Shown: piece by piece, positions 50,342-61,116 of the stretch
Numbering within the stretch: position 1 is the first letter of the stretch
Layout of the letters: the number at the start of each line of letters is the position of its first letter
NCBI GenBank assembly: GCA_965207065.1
Contig: OZ242260.1
Coordinates: 4,412,867 to 4,476,866 of the forward strand
DNA length: 64,000 nucleotides
Reading direction: 5' to 3'
Source: a bacterium
Lineage (GTDB): Bacteria; UBA8248
Translations under genes and position numbers: made by a program
Notes under the pieces: generated by a model
Seen by the model: the letters and a program-made list of their open reading frames with translations, nothing else
Database searches by the model: none
Told to the model about the DNA's origin: nothing

Positions 50342-50686
50342 ATGATGGCGACCGGATATTCCGGCGAGACCTGGAACACGAAGGAATTCTTCGAGCGCGC
50401 CGGCGCGGCGGATACTCTCCGCCGCCTGCAGGACGGAGACGATGTCAACGCGCGGGATGAACGAGGATGGACGCCTCTTCACAGGGCGGCGGCGTTCGGC
50501 AGGACGCCCGGGGTCGTGACCGCGCTGGTCGAAGCCGGCGCCGCCCCGAACGCCCGGGACCGCAAAGGGCGCACGCCCCTGCACGTGGCGGCGTGTTTCG
50601 GCAAGGCCGTCCCTGCCGTCGCGGAGGCCCTGCTTGCCGCCGGCGCCGACCCGGCGGCAAAGGACGAGGGCGATAAAACGCCCTGA
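50342..50686 (+). CDS. Ankyrin repeat protein
   Basis: NARDERGWTPLHRAA, NARDRKGRTPLHVAA, KDEGDKTP; possibly truncated. Confidence 0.85.
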   Translation: MMATGYSGETWNTKEFFERAGAADTLRRLQDGDDVNARDERGWTPLHRAAAFGRTPGVVTALVEAGAAPNARDRKGRTPLHVAACFGKAVPAVAEALLAAGADPAAKDEGDKTP

Positions 50687-51119
50687 GATCACGTCAGGAT
50701 GGATTCTCCGCTCTGGGGAACGGAGGTCTTCCGGCGCTTAAAGGACGGACGGCACCCATAGCCCACAGAAATTGCGCGCGCGGCGTCACGCGAGGGGTTA
50801 CTGTCCTTTTCCGCCGCCCTCACCGGTTCCGTCGCCTGAATCGTGGCCGGGGCAATCAAGGGGTAGACGCCGCGCATTCTACTTGTCTTGCCGAATGCGG
50901 CATCGGGCACGCTCCCCCTTTCATTTTTTTCGTTTTCTTGCCAATTACGTGGTGAAAAGCTATAAACGCGCCTTTTCGAATGCAAAATATAATGAATGCG
51001 AGGATAATACCTGTATCAAGAATCAGGATTAATTGTTGCGATGCATTACGCGTCAATCCTCTGGAAAGACGACCCGGGATTGGAACAACCACACACGAAC
51101 GGGACAGGCGAGGGGCCGG

Positions 51120-51950
51120 ATGAGAAACATGTTCCGGAGTTTCATGCGATTACTTGAGGCTCGGCGCGAAGCCGGGGAGCCTGCTCCGGCTCCGGATAGC
51201 GCGGATACCGGGGAGGAGACGCTCGATGGGCGTGAACTGACGCCCGAGGCTCAAAACGCCCGGTTCCTGAGCGAAATCACCAACCGCTCCATTCATCTGA
51301 GCGAACGCGCCGTCGAACAGGCGCAGGCGGGGGACATCGAGGGCGCCATAGAGACGGCGCGGGGCATCGGAAGCTCTCTTTTCCACGCCTCCGCCCTGCG
51401 GGAAATCGCCATCGCCCAGGCGGGGGCAGGACAGATCAGCGAAGCCGTCGAGACGATTCGCCGCATCGACGACCCCGACGATCGAATGGTGGCGCTCAAG
51501 CACTTCTCCGCCGTTCAGAGGGGCCCCGCCGCTGCCATCGCCTCCCATACGCTGAACGCCGCCCTGGAGGCGATCGAGGAGATCCGCGACGAAAAGAGCG
51601 TTTCCGAGCAAGCGTGGAAAAACGTCATGTCCCTGGCCGGGGCGGGGGATTTCACCACCGCCGTTCAGGCAGCCCGCGAAATCGGCGACCCTTCCTGGCG
51701 CTCCTGGGCCTTGCAGGAAATCGCCACGGGCCAGGCGGGTGCGGGAGATTTCCCCGCCGCTCTCCATTCCGCAGGCGGCATCGGCAAGCCGCTTTACCGC
51801 TCATGGGCGTACCGGGACATCGCCGTGGCGCAGGCCGAAGCCGGGCAAATCGACGCCGCCATGGACACCGCGCGCCGCGTGGAAGACACAGAAGATAAAG
51901 AGCAGGCGTTCGCGGCCATCGAAAAACAAAAGGAACAACCCGGCGGGTAG
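51120..51950 (+). CDS. Alpha-solenoid (TPR-like) repeat protein
   Basis: ~33-aa repeats of the form AL.EIA..QA.AG.I..A..TAR.I.D. Confidence 0.75.
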   Translation: MRNMFRSFMRLLEARREAGEPAPAPDSADTGEETLDGRELTPEAQNARFLSEITNRSIHLSERAVEQAQAGDIEGAIETARGIGSSLFHASALREIAIAQAGAGQISEAVETIRRIDDPDDRMVALKHFSAVQRGPAAAIASHTLNAALEAIEEIRDEKSVSEQAWKNVMSLAGAGDFTTAVQAAREIGDPSWRSWALQEIATGQAGAGDFPAALHSAGGIGKPLYRSWAYRDIAVAQAEAGQIDAAMDTARRVEDTEDKEQAFAAIEKQKEQPGG

Positions 51951-52909
51951 CGCGTCTGGCCGCATCACGCAAGAACACGTCCGGCGCTCAACTTCCAGAA
52001 AAATCGCCACAGACGTCGTACGGACTCAGGTCCTTCACGACGGGCTCGGGGAAAACCCCTGCATACTCGAAACCGGCCGCTGCCGTCATTCCGGTGAATA
52101 CTCTCGATCGGGGGGGAGGTCAACAGCCCCTGACGCAGGGGTTTCCGAACAAAGACGCGCCGGGATGGTCCGTTTTGCGTCACGGACGCGCGACGGTAGA
52201 ATCATGAGCCGTCCCGGCCCTGTGCGAGATGCGGGCCGTGCTCGCCATGGCGCGCCGGAGCTTCGAAGTGAAACCGCCTCGCCGCGGAAAAGCGGAACCC
52301 GGGCGGCGCGCCACACACAGGACACTCTCATATGTGCATGTCGGTTGAGCATACCCGGATACAGAATGCCGATACCGGCTCCTTAACGATTACGCCATCT
52401 TCCGGGGCGAATTCGGGAAACTGCCGCGCGATGGTGCACGGAGAGTTACTCGCCAAGCCGTGGAAGCAGGGTCGTGGGACTTTCCGGCAGAGCCCGCGGG
52501 TGAGCATCAGAGCCGCCAAATGGCTCGAATCATCGCTTGCTGCTTCCGACCCCTGACAACCCGAAAATCAAGCTGCGGATTGCTAATCCGTCAACCGCCA
52601 TTGCAGATCCTGATTTTTTGATCCAGGAATCCCTTGTCAGGAAAAGCACTCAATCGCGCATAAGGGACTAAGCACGAATACCGTGCATTTACCATCGTGC
52701 GTGACTGTCAATTTCCTGCAAGAAGAGTCGAGGACGCTCTTGAAGCGCTATGGCCATTGCCCCTCCACTACCTCGACGGGCCAAGAATGTCGCCACGGCA
52801 AGAGTTGAAGAGGAATGAATCCTGTCAGCGAATGGCCCCGTAGTATCCGATAAACGAACCAGGTGCTCCGCGTGGCTGGGCACGCATATTTTCAGTTCAT
52901 GATGACGAA

Positions 52910-53740
52910 CTATTGGCAAAATGTGCCCGTCCAATGCACGGACTCAGGAAGTTTCGGGAGTGCATTTTTTCTCGCACACGCGCTCTTAAGTTGTTTCGGT
53001 TTTAGTCCGAGAGCCGTACTCAGATCTGCGTTACTCAGATTCGTTCGGATAAAAAACGCATTATCTAGCTGTGAGTTCGAAAAAACTACACTTCTATCAA
53101 TCGTGGTGTCACTAAATACCACAGAAGTAAGGTCGGAATTAGTGAAATCCACACTCTTGATATTGATAGCATGACCGAAGGTCGCGCCCTTTAGCTTTGT
53201 GTCACTAAAATCTGAGCTGCTGATTCTTGCCTTGTTAAATTTTGCGCCTCTTAGATCTGCATCGCGAAATATTACATTGATGAATTGCGCATCATTGAAG
53301 TTCGCATTACGCAGGCTCGCTCCACCTAAATCCAAATCCTTCAAGATCATATCGCTAAGATCAATACGGTTCAAGGGAAACTTATCACGTGAAAGAGCTT
53401 CAATAATTGCATGAATAGGTGCGTCGCGTTTACCTAATGGGAGGGAGCGCAACTGGCCAATCTGGGTCAAGAGCATTGCGCCACGCACGGCACGGTCCAT
53501 ACTTCTCTCTTCGTATTCGGAGAACACACCAAATACGGTCGCTATAAGAGCCACTACCGCAATGAGCTCGCACGATATTCGAAATAGCGCTACATTGTGA
53601 AATAGGTAGAAGAATACGGAAGCCCAGTGGTCTGGTCGTGCGAAAATCCTTAGAATAATACTCTTCTCACTCCTCCATCTGTGTTGATCGAATACTGGAC
53701 GGGTAGCGGCTGTTGATTTACATTTCGGTTTTGGCTCCAT
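52910..53740 (-). CDS. Pentapeptide repeat protein with N-terminal TM segment (low GC)
   Basis: ASLRNANFNDAQF, ADLRGAKF, TNLSNADLS. Confidence 0.85.
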   Translation of the reverse strand: MEPKPKCKSTAATRPVFDQHRWRSEKSIILRIFARPDHWASVFFYLFHNVALFRISCELIAVVALIATVFGVFSEYEERSMDRAVRGAMLLTQIGQLRSLPLGKRDAPIHAIIEALSRDKFPLNRIDLSDMILKDLDLGGASLRNANFNDAQFINVIFRDADLRGAKFNKARISSSDFSDTKLKGATFGHAINIKSVDFTNSDLTSVVFSDTTIDRSVVFSNSQLDNAFFIRTNLSNADLSTALGLKPKQLKSACARKNALPKLPESVHWTGTFCQ

Positions 53741-54242
53741 ACGAAACTCCTTATCTGTCAGTATCCGAGTCGCCTAGCGCCTAGCCAATAGTTAACTTGT
53801 TCTTTTTTTTCCAAGTAGCTAGGATTTTGCTTCCACGCTTTGTCTAATTGCAAGTGCGTCAGTAGCTTGACTTAGTGGTAGTTACTGCTGGCAATTTCAA
53901 TAGTACTCTTTGCGCCGTTGGATTCCACTCGATAGATTTTTCTCTTATGTGAAAATCAAACGTCCATGATAAAATCGGGCAAGTAGATCCGCAATTCGAG
54001 GATTGCGCTGTGTCTTTGAAATAAGCAATAATCGTAAATAAGAAATTGGTTAGCGCGATGTTTGGCCATCCCCAACTCCTATCTTAGGTGTGGGTGACAG
54101 CATTGCCTTCCATTGCACCACATCTTCAAAGAATCCTAAGTTAGTTATACGAATCTTCGTTTTGCTGACACATATCACTACCTCATAGCCTGATCTCATA
54201 GATAAGAGGAAAGAGCCATGAGCCAAACAGAAACTATTAAAC

Positions 54243-54665
54243 GTGGCAATGCGAATTGGCGCCATAGGCGGGGCATTTATAGCCTTCGGCACATTTCCAT
54301 GGGCAAGCTATGAGATGAAACCATTACTCGTTCTAGGTATACTTGTCAGGGTCATAATTTGTTCGTTTTTTGGAGCTCTATACGCTTACCTCAAATCTCT
54401 TCCCCAAGATCGATGGCATGCATTTGAACGAGGGTTGATAGCACCAACTATATTTGCCTCTATAATCTTGACACACGCCCCTCCCGCTGAAACATTTGCG
54501 AAAATGCTGCATTTAAGTTCGCATGAAAGTGTAGCATACGCATCCACAACCAAAAAAAATCCTACCAAAGCCTACTTCCTCGATCATTCTGATTCTCAAG
54601 GGTATAATTGGAAAATAGAACAAGGAGAAATTCGACATGAAAAAAGTTATTGTCATTTGGGATAG
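54243..54665 (+). CDS. Low-GC hypothetical membrane protein, possibly frameshifted at the 5' end
   Basis: Hydrophobic segments; the best RBS/ATG (54218) is in another frame. Confidence 0.4.
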   Translation: MAMRIGAIGGAFIAFGTFPWASYEMKPLLVLGILVRVIICSFFGALYAYLKSLPQDRWHAFERGLIAPTIFASIILTHAPPAETFAKMLHLSSHESVAYASTTKKNPTKAYFLDHSDSQGYNWKIEQGEIRHEKSYCHLG

Positions 54666-54870
54666 TGAAGCAAAGGTTTTTGTTGCAACCAGTGAAGATA
54701 TTCCTGGTCTTGTTACAGAAGCCGATACGCCAGAAGAGCTTGTTAATAAACTACAGGTAATTATTCCAGAATTGCTTGAGTGGAATGCGCATTTAATCAA
54801 AGAGGAAATCAAAGAGGTCAAAATAGTTTTTCAAGAATTTGAAACACCTATTGAATGTGCCACCGCGTGA
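54637..54870 (+). CDS. DUF1902/HicB-like antitoxin
   Basis: WDSEAKVFVATSEDIPGLVTEADT. Confidence 0.8.
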   Translation: MKKVIVIWDSEAKVFVATSEDIPGLVTEADTPEELVNKLQVIIPELLEWNAHLIKEEIKEVKIVFQEFETPIECATA

Positions 54871-55061
54871 CCGACTACAGAAAAAAAGTGGAAAGAATAC
54901 TCATTCGGGAAGGATGTCATTATGTTCGCCAGGGAAAAGGCGACCATGAAAGATGGCGAAGCCCCATTAACTCACAAAACTTCACGCTAGATTCAAAAAT
55001 AAAATCCAGACATACCGCTAATGTAATTCTCAAGCAAGCTGGCACTAAGGAGAAAGTTTGA
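54867..55061 (+). CDS. hicA: HicA family toxin
   Basis: RQGKGDHERW...SRHTANVILKQAG. Confidence 0.8.
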   Translation: MTDYRKKVERILIREGCHYVRQGKGDHERWRSPINSQNFTLDSKIKSRHTANVILKQAGTKEKV

Positions 55062-55119
55062 TGGGAATTAGAGAACTCAAATTTCCAGGGGCGCAAATCC
55101 GATGTATGGCTGTCTTGAA

Positions 55120-55295
55120 TCAAGCGGCCCTCCTGCCTGTTTCTTTTTCGTCCGCACCATTGATGAACCTTACGTCGGCGATCACTTCTGCCAAATGACG
55201 GAAGCCACGTAGTAGTCGCCATCGCTTTTGCGCGCTCAAGGCGAGTTGATGAACGAGGTGTAGTCCCGTCTTCTCGCTCAGACAGTTTCTCCCGA
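55120..55295 (-). pseudogene. IS256-family transposase C-terminal fragment
   Basis: LVHQLALSAQKRWRLLRGFRHLAEVIADVRFING. Confidence 0.7.
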
Positions 55296-55387
55296 GCGTG
55301 CGCATCTCCAAAGAACGCTCCCGCGGAGGTTGCCGCCCGTACGAGATGTCGATATCGAAAATCACCCGAACCGTTCCGGAATTCCGT

Positions 55388-55672
55388 TCAACCGCTCGCC
55401 TGCGACAAGTCGACGCTCAAGCGCGTGCCGGTCGCCTCGGCATATCGGCGCAGGGTTCTGATCGATGGCGAGACGCCGCCGCTCTCCAGACGAGCAATGG
55501 CCGACTGGGTGGTGCCGAGACGCCGGGCGAGTTCCGCCTGCGTCAGCTTCGTTTCCGTGCGGGCGCGAACCAGCGCCTCCAGCAACCTGAATTCCTCATC
55601 GACTCGCTCGTACTCTTCCCGGAATTCCGGGTCTTCCATAAAATGCTTCTTCAAATCCTCGAGCTTCGTCAT
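55388..55672 (-). CDS. XRE/HTH antitoxin
   Basis: DPEFREEYE...LTQAELARRLGTTQSAIARLESG. Confidence 0.85.
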   Translation of the reverse strand: MTKLEDLKKHFMEDPEFREEYERVDEEFRLLEALVRARTETKLTQAELARRLGTTQSAIARLESGGVSPSIRTLRRYAEATGTRLSVDLSQASG

Positions 55673-55965
55673 GGCGTCACCTGTTTCATACGCTCTCTGG
55701 CCAGCGCCAACGCTCGTCCTGGCGTCCTCCGCGTTTTCTTCGCAAACACATGCAGAACGACAACCCGACGCCGCGCCGCCGTCACATAGATCCCACGGGC
55801 GATCCCTCCATGCGCCCTGACGCGCAATTCCCAAAGCTTGCTCTCGATATGCTTGACGTGCGGTTCACGAAGCGCCTCGAGACCGACATTTTCAATCATC
55901 TCCAATAACCGCACCATCCGGGCGCGCAACTTGGCGGGTAACGCTGCGATTTCGTCATCGACTAG
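55669..55965 (-). pseudogene. RelE/ParE (Gp49-like) toxin with 5' end overwritten by a lipoprotein remnant
   Basis: EPHVKHIESKLWELRVR...LHVFAKKT..TP; upstream sequence reads as a lipoprotein C-terminus on the other strand. Confidence 0.6.
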
Positions 55966-56407
55966 AAACGGAGCTACCTCCGGAGAAACGAGTGGTGAGA
56001 CGGAATTCCTGGGGTCATTCAACTTACCCCCACGTCAGTTCCTTTCGAAACGCTACCTGCCCGTCAACGCGCTCCGTGGAGTCCTGGGCGTTGTTATCGG
56101 AACCGTCTCCAAAATCAAGGCCGGCGTAATGGACGTCGACGGCATGCTGACGCTGAAGAATCCGAAAATCGTCACGGACACGGCCAACGGCGCCAACGAC
56201 GACGGCTTCACCGGCACCACGGAGGTCACGCTGGGAGGCGTCGTGCTGAAAGGCAACTGGGGCGGCCAGTTCTACGGCCCCAACAAGGCGACAGGTAGCG
56301 CGATTCAAAGCGAATACCCCACATCCGCGGCAAGTACTTTCAGCGCTACGGGCGGCGGCCATACTCCTGTGAGCCTCCTCGTCGTCTTCGGTGCGCACAA
56401 GCATTAA
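55966..56407 (+). pseudogene. C-terminal fragment(s) of a 46511-48334-type lipoprotein
   Basis: GTVSKIKAGVMDVDGMLTLK...GNWGGQFYGPNKATG...YPTSAASTF aligns with GTVTGIRAGGMDVDGSLTLK...GEWGGQFYGPSGATG...YPTTAAGTF. Confidence 0.85.
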
Positions 56408-56459
56408 GCAGTAATATCGCACGATACCTTCGGTTCCCCGGGCGTCTGTATGACGCCCG

Positions 56460-57042
56460 GACGCGGGAGCAGGCGGCGCGCTCGGATGCGAGGGCCGAGG
56501 AGGGTCACGCGGACGCCACGGAAACGCAGAAGACGAGCGCCGGCAATCTTGGCGACGACGCGCGCGACGCGCTAACGGATATTGTGGGCGCGAACGCAGC
56601 GGCGAACGTGGCCGCCACGGGGCGCAGGCGGAAACCGCGGTGTCGGAAACGTTGGCGGCGCTCAGCGACCTGAGAACCGCAGAATCGTCTGCGACCCTGC
56701 TTAGCAACGTAAATGCGGTTGCGAACCTTCGCAGACAACAGGAATAGGACAAGCGCCTCGCGACGAACGGCCTCGAGCTCATCAAGCACGTGATGGAGAA
56801 CAAACTCGTGTTTGACCGCGTGTAAAATGACCTAGGTCGGGGAGATGGACCGAATGAGTATCCTTTGGTTGTAAGTCAAACTGGTGCCGATAATCTTGCT
56901 ACATTCGATGCGGATTACACGGACAGCACACCCACTGTTCCTGGGGTGCGAGAAGTTACTGCAGGAGGTAATGAAACCAATGGCGGCATCAAGGGCAAAA
57001 TCACGCACATCGTCGCCGGCGGGAAATCCATCGCGGGCCGCA
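56460..57042 (+). pseudogene. Decayed 44637-46376-type lipoprotein
   Basis: VANLRRQQE*DKRLATNGLELIKHVMENKL vs AANRRMQREVDERALTNNSGLIKHLRDNKL; GKITHIVAGG vs GAVTNIVAGG; contains stops and deletions. Confidence 0.75.
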
Positions 57043-57349
57043 TCTCGCGGACCGCACAGGATGAACTCATCGTCAGCACGGGGTTTCGCATCTCCGACAG
57101 CGGACTACAGCTCTGGGGCGAGCCCCTGGTGTAGGACCGGATGACTGGTCGGGAATAATTCACATTGGGTAACCGGAAAATGATTTTATCTACGAAAGAC
57201 AATGCAAGAAGGCCGCTTAGTTCAGTACCGCCATGCACCAAATTTTCATCCTCGAATGACGGTTCAACCTATCGTGACACCCGCGGCCGATACCTTAAAC
57301 ACGAATAGAAATCCTGTTCTGAAAGGGTTTATTAACAGCTTTCAGGATT

Positions 57350-58300
57350 TCAAAGGAACGGGATGGCAAACAGCCCGGCTACAGTCACCAACTCACGATA
57401 GTAAGAATAGTAAGAAGCTTTCGCCCGCAACTCTTTAAGAAGTTCTTCCTTTTCTCCTCCGTTGCGCCTAACTCCAATAGCGCGCACGCAACCTTGATGC
57501 AAAGACCAATGCGTCAAAACAGCTATTGAAAGTAGGACTGTAAAAAAAGATATAGCGTTAAAAATCTCTATTCCATGTGCCATGGCGATAAAAATCGATG
57601 AATCTCCTGTTACTCCTATCTCAATACAATACTTTACCCAATAATGCATAAAGAGCATTCCGCTGCCAAATAGGCAAGAACCTTGGACGATCAAAACGCG
57701 CAATTTTTCGAAACGTCTTATCGTCTCGCGTATACCGTGATAATCGAATGGGATCTCTGTTTCGGGGATAAGTGCAGCAGCAGAAAATACCACTCCAACA
57801 GATGTCAAAACAAATAAAAAGTTTATGGTGTCTATCATTACATCAATACCGCATTGACTCAATATTCCCGCAAAATTTTTTGGGACTAATTTCAGGAATT
57901 CGTCCAACGGAGAATTCTTGAATATGCTACTGAGCCACGCGACTACCAGAAACAAACTAAACGAAATATAGGAGATAATCCATGTTTGGGTTTTCCGTAT
58001 CAAATTTGTCATGAAATACACCAACAGAAACATTGAAGTTAAAAATGCCAAACCAAACGTCGCTCCCACAATATATTTGGTTGTATGCGGCAATTCTGTT
58101 GGTATCTTTTGTGCTGACGATGCATGAAAGACAATCGAAGATATCGATAAACCTGGCCCGCCAGCATCAGATAAAAATATCAGAAATGTTTGGCCCAAAA
58201 CAAAAATCAGCGTTGGAATCAGGATGATACACAATTCGTAGCGACGCCGTTTTATCCAATGAACCATGTCAAAATATTTCCCGTCATTCGTAAAATCCAT
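57350..58300 (-). CDS. Low-GC multi-pass membrane hypothetical protein
   Basis: About 7 hydrophobic segments; AT-rich. Confidence 0.65.
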   Translation of the reverse strand: MDFTNDGKYFDMVHWIKRRRYELCIILIPTLIFVLGQTFLIFLSDAGGPGLSISSIVFHASSAQKIPTELPHTTKYIVGATFGLAFLTSMFLLVYFMTNLIRKTQTWIISYISFSLFLVVAWLSSIFKNSPLDEFLKLVPKNFAGILSQCGIDVMIDTINFLFVLTSVGVVFSAAALIPETEIPFDYHGIRETIRRFEKLRVLIVQGSCLFGSGMLFMHYWVKYCIEIGVTGDSSIFIAMAHGIEIFNAISFFTVLLSIAVLTHWSLHQGCVRAIGVRRNGGEKEELLKELRAKASYYSYYRELVTVAGLFAIPFL

Positions 58301-58571
58301 CTGCCGTCAACTTCGTCGAATCCTCTGAGAACGCACCAGTTAAGGGAGCATTAGCGGTTTCGGATTTAGTTATATAATTCCCAGAAATTTCATGTTCCGC
58401 TCATAGTATAGTGTTTCCAATATAATCAACCATTTGGCTGGTATGTCATTTGAAACATAAGCAAGAATGTGCCCGAAAGTCCCTTTGCGCCACATGAATC
58501 CATATATTGAGCACTTCTGATATCCAGCACCTTGTTGACAGGTCAAACTATCCCGCTTATCTTACAGTATT

Positions 58572-58808
58572 ATGACTTTCGACACTCTCGCCACAGCTCG
58601 TGCACTCAAGGAAGCGGGCATTGAGGAGCGTCAGGCCGAGGCCATCGCCTCGGGCATGAAGGCCGCCAGCGAGGCAGGACACGGAGAGTTGGCAACCAGG
58701 TCGGATATTGAAAAACTCGAGGTCAAAATCGACTTCATGAAGTGGGTTCTCGGCTTCATGGTCGCCTTCCAGTTGCTCATACTCGGACGCGTTTTTGACG
58801 TGCTTTAG
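58572..58808 (+). CDS. DUF1640/CCDC90-like small coiled-coil protein with C-terminal TM
   Basis: FDTL...LKEAGIEERQAEAI...LATRSDI...MKWVLG. Confidence 0.75.
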   Translation: MTFDTLATARALKEAGIEERQAEAIASGMKAASEAGHGELATRSDIEKLEVKIDFMKWVLGFMVAFQLLILGRVFDVL

Positions 58809-59145
58809 GCCAGTTCAAAACACTTGGAATGACTACATCGGGCGTTAAGTAATTTAGTCGGATGTACTTTACCGCTATATCCGCATTTCAAACTCTGTTC
58901 ACTGTGGGGATTTATTCGTAAGCCAGTCATATGGGGTGAGAACCAGCCGCTGGTTGTCAGCCTGCCAGGTTATCGCAAACACAAGACCACGGCGGGCTAT
59001 GACCGCCTAGTGTTGCATCCTTAATAACATGTTAGTTATATTCAATTGGGCAATGCGGCCCGTACCCAACCGACCTTTTCGATGATCTCTGCGACACTCT
59101 TCGTCCAGACAAACGGGCGGAGGTTCTGGGTTTAGCTGTCCAGAT

Positions 59146-60012
59146 ATTCCCAAAACCAACTGGCTGCCCTCGGCATCCACCACCGCCTGCGCGTTGTACG
59201 CCTGACGGTACTCGTGCCGCTTGCTCTTGCGCATCAAGGCGCTGTCCCCATCCGTCAGGTTAATCTGCTGCCCCTCTTCGGGCTCCTCCCGCGGAGGCTT
59301 GATGCGCGGACCCTTCCTCCGCCCCCTGCGACGCTCCCGAGACGCCACCTTGCGATCATGTTCCGCCCGACCCGCATCGGCTGCCGTTCCTGCCCGGCGC
59401 TCCAACTCCGCGCACGCCTCGTCCAGCTTCGACTTCAACTGCTCGCGACGCGCCAACTCCTCCGGCAGCGCCTGCGCACGATCATACCGGATGCTGTTGC
59501 GCTTGTTCGCGTTCGCGTCCACCTTCGTCCCGTCCACACTCACCATCCCGACTCGCAACAGCTTCAATTCCTTCGCCAGCAACAGAACCTGCTCGAACGT
59601 CTCCGCTACCGCCTCGAAGTTCTTCCGGCGGAACGCGCAGATCGTGTCGTGGTCCGGGTGAGTGTTCGACGCCACGTACCGAACCCCGATATCACGGTAC
59701 GTAGCGCTCGATATGCCGCGAACCGAATATCCCGTTCGCATAGCAGTAAATCAGCAGCGCAAGCATCATACGCGGGTGGTACTGCGCCGAACCCGTGCCG
59801 CGCTCGTTCACACGGAATGACCCCAGAGGCACCCGTTCCACCGCCTCCACTACGAAGTGCGCCAGAGCGTCCTCAGGCAGCCAATCCCGCATGTCCACAG
59901 GCAGCAGATACAACTGCGGCTGCTCTCTTTCCACAAACTTCGCCACCGCAAGCCCCTCCATAGATATATGGAGCGATTATAGAAGACAGGGCCTAAGTCC
60001 GACAGGCTGCTA
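59146..60012 (-). pseudogene. IS1182-family transposase, frameshifted and truncated, with one IS end
   Basis: LLPVDMRDWLPE, YHPRMMLALLIYCYANG, PDHDTICAFRR, VDGTKVDANA, NLTDGDS, YNAQAVVD; split across two frames. Confidence 0.8.
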
Positions 60013-60068
60013 GCCCGTATATTTCACCGCCAAATGGCATGGGACCTCTGAATGTCGGATAATGTGAG

Positions 60069-60412
60069 TTGTCTCAATCACTTACACCCGTCCGACAGAG
60101 AGGCCCCATGTATACACATTGTACACCAGGACAACTTCACTTTCACACCCACGGAAGACGCGATGTCGTCGCTCGATTCGACGGCGGACGAATCACTTCG
60201 GACGCCGGCGGGGTGCTGCTTCGAGAGACGGAGCTTCGCCTGGGTCTGATGGCTCGTCTGGCGCGGTGTTTTCGTGATTACTGCAAACCCGGCAGCGTGG
60301 AGCACCCGGTACGCTCGCTGGTGGCACAGCGGGTGTATGCACTGGCGCTGGGCTACGAGGACCTGAACGACCACGAGGAATGCGCCGCGACAGTTTGTTG
60401 GCGTTGCTGGTG
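60069..60412 (+). pseudogene. IS1380-family transposase N-terminal fragment
   Basis: RFDGGRITSDAGGVLLRE...LALGYEDLNDH. Confidence 0.8.
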
Positions 60413-60419
60413 GGCAATC

Positions 60420-60495
60420 GGTGTGCGCCGACTTGGTCGTCAACGAAGGACTTCAGCGTCTCTGGCTGTGATATGTTCATCGTGCTCATGGTCAT
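60420..60495 (-). pseudogene. ParD-like antitoxin 5' fragment
   Basis: MSTMNISQPETLKSFVDDQV, nearly identical to the start of 62379-62606. Confidence 0.65.
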
Positions 60496-60649
60496 GTCAT
60501 GCCTGCTGGGTTGCAAATTTTGTCAACAGTCCACAGATGGAGATGGCCGGCAGGCACGACCAGAATTACTGCCGTGCACCGACGCTCCCGCAATGCCTCT
60601 CGTCCACAGTCACGATATCTCGACGGTAGAGCAGCCTTGCGCCTTGTAA

Positions 60650-60862
60650 TCACGCGAGCATCAGGCGCTCGCCCTTGGGCTGCGGAACGGCCCGTCCCAG
60701 TTCCTTCGCCCGCTCGATCCAGAACTGCATGGCGTCCTTCATATTCCGCAACGCGGTTTCCTGATCGTCGCCGTGAGCCGTGCATCCGGGCAATTCGGGC
60801 GCCTCGGCGATGAACGCCTGATCTTCGTTGCTCCAATAGATGATGATCTCGTACTTGTGCAT
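60650..60862 (-). CDS. hicB: HicB family antitoxin
   Basis: YEIIIYWSNEDQAFIAEAPELPGCTAHG. Confidence 0.85.
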   Translation of the reverse strand: MHKYEIIIYWSNEDQAFIAEAPELPGCTAHGDDQETALRNMKDAMQFWIERAKELGRAVPQPKGERLMLA

Positions 60863-61116
60863 TAGTCGTCTCCTCCCAGCTTGTATTTCAGGATCAACTG
60901 CCGGACCTGTCTCACCTGATAAGGTTTCGCGTGTCCGCCACGGCTCTGCAGGTTGACGATTTCCAGAATGCCTTCCTTGTCGAAGAGATGATGGCTTCCT
61001 CGTATACGCTCCTCGAATCCCAGATGACCCATCAGGGTTCGCAGATCGGAGAATCGGATGTTCGCTTCCGACATTCCACCGAGGATCGTCTGCAACAGTC
61101 GCTCGTGTCGGTTCAT
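60862..61116 (-). CDS. hicA: HicA family toxin
   Basis: LGFEERIRGSHHLF...AKPYQVRQVR. Confidence 0.85.
   Translation of the reverse strand: MNRHERLLQTILGGMSEANIRFSDLRTLMGHLGFEERIRGSHHLFDKEGILEIVNLQSRGGHAKPYQVRQVRQLILKYKLGGDD

Noticed and set aside
44637-57042. Diversity-generating retroelement acting on the lipoproteins
   Set aside because: No reverse transcriptase in the window, and the copies differ at all bases rather than only at adenines.
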